The position numbers and the translations under genes are program-made. A DNA stretch of 64,000 nucleotides from a virus: positions 32,001 through 96,000 of IMG/VR virus record IMGVR_UViG_3300050821_002122, one strand, 5' to 3'. Positions 28,025 through 37,100 of this stretch are shown one piece after another. The notes beneath the pieces are model-generated. The model ran no database searches. It saw nothing but the letters and a program-made list of their open reading frames with translations, and was not told the DNA's origin. Each line of letters starts with the position of its first letter. Within the stretch, counting starts at the first letter, position 1.

Positions 28025-31000
28025 ATGACAACGCAATCGAAATTCTACTACCTGGTGACAATGCACCAAGATGCCGAGCATAACACTTACTTGGCTCCCG
28101 TTGTTAGCGCTTTGCCGCTCGTTCAAAACCTGGAGGACATGGTAGTAATTTTGGGCCTTGACGTAGGTGTCACTGCGCAAGGTCTGTATATGTTCGATGG
28201 CATTCAATGGCGTTTCACGATGCCTATGCCAGCAATCAGTGGCGCAATCATCCGAGGTGACAACATCGACCTGTACTACAACAGGACTGATGATGTCACC
28301 TTAGACCCGTCTGTGACGGTCTACAAGAATGGTCAGCAGCAATCGACTGACATCATCACTCACGGCAACGCTGTATATGCGGTACGCACGCCGCCACCAG
28401 GTCAGATACCAGCCGTGACCTCAGTCAACGGACAGACCGGTGCAGTAACTGTCAACGCTGCCAACTTACCAGGTCTCGCAATAGTTGCACAAACTGGCGC
28501 CTACAGCGATCTGGTCGGTCTCCCACCCGCGTATTCCCTGCCAGTTGCCACACCTACCGTTTTGGGTGGCGTAATAGTGCCTACTGCTTCGTCGTTGTCG
28601 GTGGATGGTAGCGGGAATATTGATATTAAGGCTTCAGTGTTGACCGCGATCGCTGCTGCGATACAGTCTGTTGTAACGAGTGGTACTGGCACTTCGCTCA
28701 TCAAATCTGTGGCATCCGGCACTGCGACACTGAAGAGTGTTATAGCTGGTACTGGCATGACCATCACGGATGACGGCAATGGAACACTGACGTTCGTGAG
28801 TAGTGGTTCTGCGCTGGTGCCTGCAACACCAACCGCGTTGGGTGGTGTTATCGTACCGTCAGCTTCACACATAGCAGTAGACGGCTCAGGCAACATCGAC
28901 CTTAGCTCGGCATTCCTGGCAGCATTTGGTACGAAGATAGGCACCGTTGCTGATGCAGTGCCTGCTAGTGGAACGTCATTGATCGCCTCAGTGACAGCAG
29001 GCTCCGCGCTGTTCAATACACTGAGCGCTGGCAGTGGCATCTCTATAGCGCTCGCAGGTGGCACGATAACCATCAGCAGCGGTGCGGTGCCAGCGACCAC
29101 CACGAGCCTAGGTCTGGTGCAAATCGGTACTGGTCTCAACGTCGATGTCAGTGGTTTGCTGTCGCTGGCCAAGGCTACTGCGTCCACGCTGGGCGGTGTG
29201 GTAGTTGGTGCCGGCCTGACTGTTGATGGTGCTGGTACCATTTCCTACAACCTGCCTATCGCATCTGCCTCTGTGTTAGGTGGCATCAAGATCGGTACTG
29301 GGTTGAGTATCGATGTCAACGGTGTTGTCGAGGCAGCCGCCTCCATGCCAGCGACTACGACTACCATCGGTGCCATAATTGTGGGCAGTGGTCTAGCCGT
29401 CCAAACAGACGGTACGCTAAGTGCTGTGTTCCCTGTTACTTCGATTAATACCAAGCTGGGTGATGTGGTCATCACTGCTGGCACTGGCATGACCATCGAC
29501 AATAGCGGCAGCGGCATCATCCTCAACGTGACATTGAGTCAAGCTCAAGTAATTGCAGCATTGGGCTACACGCCATATAACGGTACGCTGAATCCTTCGG
29601 GTTTTTTGACTGCCAATCAGACTATCACCGTAACTGGTGACGTTAGTGGTAGCGGCACTACTGCGCTAAATCTTGTGTTTGCGAATAGTGGTGTCGCAGC
29701 AGGCACCTACACCAAGGTCACTGTGGACACCAAAGGTCGTGTAACAGCTGGTCTGAATCCGACTACGCTGAACGGCTACGGTATAACCGATGCTCTGAAT
29801 GCTATCACCGGCGGTGCAGTAACAGGCACAGTAACATTCGGTTCTGGTGCCAAACTGACAGGTTTGATTGCACCGCAGTCTGGTTCAGATGCTGCGACCA
29901 AAGACTATGTTGATACCGCAATTCAAGGCGTTGCAAACGGTACGTCGTGGAAGGCTAATGCGAATGCAGCTTCCACAGGTCCGCTGACGCTAAGTGGTCT
30001 TCAGACAGTAGACGGCTATGTGTTGCAGACGAATGACCGTGTGTTGGTCAAAGATCAGACAGACCAGACTATCAACGGTGTGTACGTTGCATCGGCAGGT
30101 GCATGGACCCGTGCAACCGATCTGGATAGCGGTGCTGAATTGCAAGGTATGGCAATACTGGTCTTGAATGGGTCAGCCAACGCATTGACTCAATGGGTCA
30201 ATACTGCGGCTAGCCCGATCACTGTTGGCACTACCAACCTGGTCTATGCCAAGCTTCAGCCACCTCCACCAGCGTACACTGCGGGCACAGGCTTGTCGAT
30301 TACTGCAAATCAGTTCTCGATAGCTAACACAGGCGTGACTGCTGGTGTATATACGAAAGTAACGGTGAACGCGCAAGGTCAGGTAACTGCCGGCGCACAG
30401 TTCTCGATCACTGATATCTCGACGGCATTGGGCTACACGCCGTACAACGCCAGCAACCCAGCGAACTACATATCGACAAACCTGCCGATTACTCTGAGTG
30501 GTGATGCAACTGGCACGGGCACCACAGCAATCAACGTAACTTTGGCTACCTCCGGTGTCACTCCAGGTACGTATTCCAAGGTAACGGTGGATGCAAAAGG
30601 TCGTGTCACTGTTGGGGCTAACCTTAGCAACACCGAGATAGTGGCAGCAATCGGTTACACGCCAGTCAATCGCGCAGGTGATACGATGAGCGGCGCTTTG
30701 AACGATGCACCAGCAGTTACGGTTGCTTCGGCAGCTACTATGCTGATCGGTGCCGCTGCATCGAACACCTGCAACATCAGTGGCACGACCAAAATTACAG
30801 CATTCGATTCTATTCCCAATGGTGCCGTTCGCAATCTGATCTTCGCTGGCGTGCTGACGTTGACCAATTCGTCGAACCTAACACTGCCGACGGGTGCCAA
30901 TATCACTACCGCAGCAGGTGACACAGCAGTCTTCGTGTCGCAAGGTAGCGGTATCTGGAAGTGCTTGAACTATTCGCGGGCTAGTGGTGCTGCGTTGGTC

Positions 31001-32524
31001 GGTGCACCAGACGTAACGAAGCTGCCATTGGCTGGTGGTACCTTGAGCGGTACTCTGAACTTAGCGCCTCAGGTCGCGGTTACTGCGGCAGCTACGACCA
31101 CAATTGCGGCACAAGGTGCGAACGACATCATAGTGAATGGTGCGACTACCATAACAGCGTTCGATGCTGCTCCACTTGGTGCCGTACGTACATTGACATT
31201 CTATGGTGGTGCGCTGTTGACCAACAACATCGTATCTTTAGTGTTGCCAACCAGTGCTAACATTCAGACGATACCTGGAGATTCTGCGCAGTTCACATCG
31301 ATATCCGGTGGCTGGCGTTGCGACTGGTACACACGCCATGATGGTACACCGCTGGCGGGTAGCGCCGATCCTACGAAACTGCCGCTAGCTGGCGGTAAGA
31401 TGACGGGTGCCTTGAATCTCGCAACGTCAGTCACGATTGCTTCAAGTGCAGTACCTGCGATTGGTGCCGCGGCCTCGAATGAGATTATTATCAGTGGTAC
31501 GACTACCATCACTGGCTTCGATAGCATCGCTGATGGTGCTGTACGTCGGGTAACGTTCACGGGTATCTTGACGCTGACGAATTCGTCTACGTTGATCTTA
31601 CCAGGCGCGACCAATATTGCTACCGCTGTTGGTGACGGTGCACAATTCACTTCGCTGGGTGCTGGTAGCTGGCGCTGCGATTACTACACACGCGCGAATG
31701 GTACGGCAGTAGTTGGTGCATTTGACGCTACGAAACTTCCACTGGCAGGTGGAACGATGTCAGGGGCACTGAACTTCGCTCCGACCGTAACTGTAGCATC
31801 TGCATCTACCGTCAACATCGGTGCTGCGGCAGCCAACGATATAGCGATCACTGGCACGACCAGCATCGTTGCGTTCGACACTGTAGCATCGGGTATCGAA
31901 CGGCAGGTTACATTCGCTGGCATCTTGACGTTGACCAATAGCACTGGCTTGATCTTACCAGGCACCACGAACATCACGACAGCCGCTGGTGATACTGCAC
32001 ACTTCACGTCGAAGGGTGGTGGCATTTGGCGTTGCGATAGCTACCAGAAAGCGAATGGTCAGGCAGTGGTATCAGGTGGGTCACCTTATGCTACGACTCA
32101 AGAATTCGATGGCAGCGGTTCAGCGATTGCAGCACGCTTCAAGAATGCAATCGAGATAGCATCGATCATCGCAGCAGCACCTGCGGCCACCCAGAACTTC
32201 TATGTGGCTAACGGTGCAGTGCAGTTCCATACAGTCAGCGCAACTGCTAACTGGATTTGGAACTTTGCATCTGATGCGTCGAACACATTGAACTCGGTGA
32301 TGGCTGTGGGTGATAGCTTAACTGTCTGCGGTCTAACGACTCAAGGCACAACAGCTTTCTACCCCAACACATTGCGTATCGACGGCAGCACAGTAACCGC
32401 AAAATGGCTGGGTGGTGCACCAACGAGTGGCAATGCAAGTGGAGTAGATATCTACACGTTTACCATCATTAAAACCGCTGCTGCCACGTTCTCCGTCTTT
32501 GGATCAGTTTCGCAATTCAAGTAA
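28025..32524 (+). CDS. Long fibre B1 (1499 aa)
   Basis: GTYTKVTVD.KGRVT shaft repeats, one DRVLVKDQT domain, four ~118-aa TKLPLAGG...W.C..Y domains, C-terminal TIIKTAAATFSVFGSVSQFK. Confidence 0.8.
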   Translation: MTTQSKFYYLVTMHQDAEHNTYLAPVVSALPLVQNLEDMVVILGLDVGVTAQGLYMFDGIQWRFTMPMPAISGAIIRGDNIDLYYNRTDDVTLDPSVTVYKNGQQQSTDIITHGNAVYAVRTPPPGQIPAVTSVNGQTGAVTVNAANLPGLAIVAQTGAYSDLVGLPPAYSLPVATPTVLGGVIVPTASSLSVDGSGNIDIKASVLTAIAAAIQSVVTSGTGTSLIKSVASGTATLKSVIAGTGMTITDDGNGTLTFVSSGSALVPATPTALGGVIVPSASHIAVDGSGNIDLSSAFLAAFGTKIGTVADAVPASGTSLIASVTAGSALFNTLSAGSGISIALAGGTITISSGAVPATTTSLGLVQIGTGLNVDVSGLLSLAKATASTLGGVVVGAGLTVDGAGTISYNLPIASASVLGGIKIGTGLSIDVNGVVEAAASMPATTTTIGAIIVGSGLAVQTDGTLSAVFPVTSINTKLGDVVITAGTGMTIDNSGSGIILNVTLSQAQVIAALGYTPYNGTLNPSGFLTANQTITVTGDVSGSGTTALNLVFANSGVAAGTYTKVTVDTKGRVTAGLNPTTLNGYGITDALNAITGGAVTGTVTFGSGAKLTGLIAPQSGSDAATKDYVDTAIQGVANGTSWKANANAASTGPLTLSGLQTVDGYVLQTNDRVLVKDQTDQTINGVYVASAGAWTRATDLDSGAELQGMAILVLNGSANALTQWVNTAASPITVGTTNLVYAKLQPPPPAYTAGTGLSITANQFSIANTGVTAGVYTKVTVNAQGQVTAGAQFSITDISTALGYTPYNASNPANYISTNLPITLSGDATGTGTTAINVTLATSGVTPGTYSKVTVDAKGRVTVGANLSNTEIVAAIGYTPVNRAGDTMSGALNDAPAVTVASAATMLIGAAASNTCNISGTTKITAFDSIPNGAVRNLIFAGVLTLTNSSNLTLPTGANITTAAGDTAVFVSQGSGIWKCLNYSRASGAALVGAPDVTKLPLAGGTLSGTLNLAPQVAVTAAATTTIAAQGANDIIVNGATTITAFDAAPLGAVRTLTFYGGALLTNNIVSLVLPTSANIQTIPGDSAQFTSISGGWRCDWYTRHDGTPLAGSADPTKLPLAGGKMTGALNLATSVTIASSAVPAIGAAASNEIIISGTTTITGFDSIADGAVRRVTFTGILTLTNSSTLILPGATNIATAVGDGAQFTSLGAGSWRCDYYTRANGTAVVGAFDATKLPLAGGTMSGALNFAPTVTVASASTVNIGAAAANDIAITGTTSIVAFDTVASGIERQVTFAGILTLTNSTGLILPGTTNITTAAGDTAHFTSKGGGIWRCDSYQKANGQAVVSGGSPYATTQEFDGSGSAIAARFKNAIEIASIIAAAPAATQNFYVANGAVQFHTVSATANWIWNFASDASNTLNSVMAVGDSLTVCGLTTQGTTAFYPNTLRIDGSTVTAKWLGGAPTSGNASGVDIYTFTIIKTAAATFSVFGSVSQFK

Positions 32525-32542
32525 TTTTATAGAGAGGTCCAT

Positions 32543-33448
32543 ATGACACTGATGGGCATGAGAGGTGCAATGTCTGTATCTGGGTTCGGCAGGTTCCCGC
32601 ATAGTAGTGGGCCACCTGCCGGCAGCTTTGGGTTGTTTGCATCAGCGCAGACAACGCCAACAGCAAGGCAGACATCGGCATACAAATTCTCAACTGATAC
32701 CGCATCTGCTGGCACGCAGTTGGCCACGCAGGTTGCTGTGTCCGGGGCTGGTGCTGGTAACGTCACGCAAGGCGTTATCTGTATCGGTAACACGTTAAAA
32801 ACAACCAACGTCTATACGTATGCGTCGAATGCGGTAGTGGCAGGCGGGGCATTAGCGTCTGCGTTAAATACTGGCGCTGGTGCAGGTAACGATACAACCG
32901 CTCTGTTTGTCAGCGGCAAGAATAATGGCAGTTCGGCATCCAATCTGACCAACATCTTCGACTATGCTAGTAGCACATCTGGTGCCGGTACTAACCTGGT
33001 TAATTCAACCCAGGTTCCAGCAGCGTGCGGCATCCTAGCATATGTCATTATTGCCACAGCAGCGGTTAATGGCTCTGCGTCAAAAACGACAAACAAGTAC
33101 ACCTACAGCAGTGGTGCAACGGCTGCCGCTACCGCGTTGGCCAATAACTATGCGTCTGGTAACGCCGTGTCGAATGCTAACGTGGGTGTGTTCTTCGGTC
33201 AAGCTACTGTTAGTTCTCGTTACGTATGGTCTGGGGAAACATCAGTCGCTGGTGCAACCATTCCTATTTCTATCTCATTCGGAGCATCAGTAGGCAACGA
33301 TACGACAGGGGTGGTAACAACTGGAAGCAATGTGCAGGCATATAAATACAACTACGCCGCAGACTCGTTTTCTGCAGGTGGAGTACTGCCACAAACCGTA
33401 GGTGCTGGTGCTGGTGCCTCGCAAGGTGTAACTGGCGTCAGTATGTAA
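32543..33448 (+). CDS. Six-repeat beta-propeller-like protein P3
   Basis: Same repeat family as P1/P2; follows fibre B1. Confidence 0.6.
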   Translation: MTLMGMRGAMSVSGFGRFPHSSGPPAGSFGLFASAQTTPTARQTSAYKFSTDTASAGTQLATQVAVSGAGAGNVTQGVICIGNTLKTTNVYTYASNAVVAGGALASALNTGAGAGNDTTALFVSGKNNGSSASNLTNIFDYASSTSGAGTNLVNSTQVPAACGILAYVIIATAAVNGSASKTTNKYTYSSGATAAATALANNYASGNAVSNANVGVFFGQATVSSRYVWSGETSVAGATIPISISFGASVGNDTTGVVTTGSNVQAYKYNYAADSFSAGGVLPQTVGAGAGASQGVTGVSM

Positions 33449-33474
33449 CCCTTCTCATAACAAAGGATTTAAAG

Positions 33475-34098
33475 ATGAACAGCAAGCCTCATCGTCAAAA
33501 CAGTGGTTTTCAACTTCGTTACTTTCTGGCTGGCGATTGCCACACATCGGATGGTGCCTATGTATTGATGTATGGTCAGAAGATCGACATCGAAACCAAG
33601 TTGCGGCATGCCGAAAGTCAACTGCTGCGTCGCCAAGGTAAGATCATGGCAGCACAAGAGATCATCGACACACCGGGCTTGAAACCATCGGAGTACCTGA
33701 TGGCAAAGGCAGACAAGTTAGAACAGGAAGCAGATGTACCCACATGGGAAATGAATCTGAAGGGCGCACATCAAGAACTCCAAGACATCGTAGAGATCAT
33801 GGAGGAGTTGAAACCGCAATGCAAGTATGCGGACCTTGATATATTGGAGCAATCAGAGGCTAGCCAGCAAGAAGAGTGGCTGCTGGAGCTGATGAACCGT
33901 GCGGAGAACTTTTTCTTGTCGGTGGGTTCGATACCGCATGACCATCTCCAGACGATGCGCTCTCACCCTGAGTTCAAAGAGAAGTTGGTTCCATACATCG
34001 CAGAAATTCACAAGAAACTGAGCATAGCAATGGGGCCCGCTGGCGGCGGTATGGTCCAAGCTCTGAGCAATGTAAGCAAGCCTTTACTGTTGGAATGA
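33475..34098 (+). CDS. Coiled-coil protein in the fibre cluster
   Basis: 207 aa, helical and charged, unlike the T/G/A/S-rich neighbours; AAGGA RBS. Confidence 0.6.
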   Translation: MNSKPHRQNSGFQLRYFLAGDCHTSDGAYVLMYGQKIDIETKLRHAESQLLRRQGKIMAAQEIIDTPGLKPSEYLMAKADKLEQEADVPTWEMNLKGAHQELQDIVEIMEELKPQCKYADLDILEQSEASQQEEWLLELMNRAENFFLSVGSIPHDHLQTMRSHPEFKEKLVPYIAEIHKKLSIAMGPAGGGMVQALSNVSKPLLLE

Positions 34099-34120
34099 CC
34101 TTAACCTTGGAAACAATAAA

Positions 34121-37100
34121 ATGACTACTCCATCGCAATTCTACTATCCAGTAACAATGCACCGTGACGCGGCAGCAAGTGATACGCTGGCTCCTGTCGT
34201 CATGACTCTCCCACTCGTGCAGTCTGTGGAGGATTTGGTTATCATCTTGCTGAACAGCGTTGGTGAGCAGCCCCAAGGTCTCTACGTCTTCGATGGCATT
34301 CAGTGGCGGTTCGCTATGCCGATGCCAGCAGTAAGTGCTTCGATCATTTTCGCAAGTTCGCTGGACGTCTACATCAATGCAACGTTGGATGTTACGCTCG
34401 ATCCATCGACCATTGTGTACAAAAATGGTCAGCAACAACCTGGTGATGTAATCACTCATGGCAATGCTGTGTACGCTGTTCGCACTCCACCAGCAGGTGG
34501 TGGCGGTGGCGGTGCAGTTACTTCTGTCAATGGTCAGACCGGTACGGTAACTATCAATGCTGCGAATCTGCCAGGTTTGGCTGTCGTTGGTAAGACTGGC
34601 CAATACGCTGATCTGATCGGTGCCCCAGGCCCGTACACGTTGCCTGCGGCAACTACTTCCACGCTCGGTGGTGTGATCGTATCGCCATCAGGTAATCTGT
34701 CGGTCAACGGCAGTGGCACTGTGGACATCAGTTCGGCTCTCTTGGCTTCTATTGCTAGCAAGCTGAATAGCGCTGTTCCAATCGGTACCGGTACTACGCT
34801 CATCGACAGTGTAACCAGCGGTATCTTGACGCTGCGCACTATCACTGCAGGTAGTGGCATCTCGCTGGTGAACAGCAGTGGCACGATCACCGTGGCCTAC
34901 GTGCCTACCATTGCCACTGCAACTGCGCTAGGTAGCGTGATAGTACCTTCGTCGTCGAACTTGAGCGTTGACTCGATGGGTAACATCGACATCACTGGCG
35001 CTTTGATGACGACTATCGCGGGTAAACTGAACAATGTGGTCAACAGCGGTGGTGGAGTATCGGTCGTGCGTTCCTCGACTGGCGGCACTGGCACGTTCAA
35101 ATCGTTGGCCCAAGGCAGCAATATCACCATCGTCGATGACGGTGCTGGCACATTGACCATCGCATCCACGGCTGCTGGAGGCTCGGTAACGCTGACTGGC
35201 GATGTGACGGGTTCAGGTACATCCACCGTTGCAACCACATTGGCTGCATCTGGTGTAACTGCTGGTACCTATACCAAGGTCACGGTTGACGCTAAAGGTC
35301 GTGTTACTGTCGGCGCAGCACTGTCTGGTACTGATGTGAATACGGCACTAGGCTACACGCCATACAACGGTACAACCAACCCTAACGGATACATTGCCGC
35401 CAATCAAGCCATCACTGTCACTGGTGATGCAACAGGTTCTGGTACCACGGCAATCACTCTGACCCTGGCCGCCTCCGGCGTAACTGCTGGTACTTACACC
35501 AAAGTTACCGTGAATGCTAAAGGCTTGGTGACCGCAAGCTCTGCGCTGTCGGCTGGTGACATCAACACTGCGTTGGGCTACACTGCGTACAACGGTGGCA
35601 CCAATCCAAATGGCTTCATCGCAGCCAACCAGACTATCACTTTGAGCGGTGATGCTACCGGTAGCGGTTCGACTGCTATTACTGTAGCGCTTGCCAACAG
35701 CGGTGTATCGGCCGGCACTTACAAGTCGGTGACCGTCAACGCCAAAGGTCTCGTGACTGGTGGCACCAATCCTACGACCCTTGCTGGTTATGGTATCACC
35801 GATGCTTTGAGCAGCCTGACAGGCGGCAGTGTCGCTGGTAACATTACGATGACGAGTGGCGCAACTGTAACAGGTCTGCCTACACCTGTGAACCCATCGG
35901 ATGCTGCTAACAGGAGCTATGTAGATAACGCTATTGCTAGCGTGGCCTCTGGCACTTCATGGCGTAACAATGCGCAGGTCGCTTCGACTGGCAATCTGAC
36001 GCTGAGCGGTCTTCAGACCATCGACGGCTATACCACTTTGGCCAATGACCGCGTGCTAGTCAAAGACCAAACGAATCAAACAGAGAACGGTGTTTATGTC
36101 GCAGCATCCGGCGCGTGGACTCGTGCTACGGACACTGACACTGGTGCAGAAATCATTGGTATGGCCATCTTGGTCATCAATGGTACTGCGAATGCGCTGA
36201 GTCAATGGATCAACACGAACACTGGCAGTATTGTTGTCGGCACTACGAACATTACCTACACCAAATTGCAGGGTAACGGCACCATCTATACTGCTGGTAC
36301 TGGCCTGACACTGACTGGTCAAGTGTTCTCGATTACCAATACAGGCGTTACGGCTGGTACCTACACCAAGGTTACTGTCAACGCACAAGGTCAGGTAACG
36401 ACAGGCGCTGCTTTGGCCTCGTCGGATATTACTACTGCACTGGGCTTCACGCCTTACAATTCGACCAATCCGAGTGGCTATATCTCCGCTAACCAGACAA
36501 TTACGTACACTGGTGACGCCACAGGTTCGGGAACCACTGCTGTAACGTTGACTCTGGCCGCCTCAGGTGTTACGGCTAGCACGTATAACAACGTTACCGT
36601 CGATGCTAAAGGTCGTGTGACCAATGGTTCCAACGTTGCGTACCTGACGGCTAACCAAACCATCACGGTGTCTGGTGACGCGACGGCAAGTGGTTCGACC
36701 ACTCTAGCTCTGACTTTGGCTGCTTCCGGCGTAACTGCTGGTACGTACAAATCGGTCACCGTCAACGCTAAAGGTCTCGTAACGGCTGGCACCAACCCAA
36801 CTACGTTGGCCGGCTTCGGTATCACGGACGCGCTGTCGACCTCGGGTGGTTCGCTGACAGGCACCATCACTGTATCTGGTGGCGGTGCGATCACTGGTCT
36901 GCCTACCCCATCCGCAGCATCTGATGCATCGACCAAAGGTTATACGGACGGAGTCGGTACTGCGACCTACAACAGCGTTTCGTGGAAATTGATGGCAGCG
37001 GCTGCGACTACTGCAAACATCACGTTGAGCGGCTTGCAGGCAATCGACGGTTACACCACGTTAGCAGGTGATCGTGTACTGGTCAAGAATCAGACCACGC

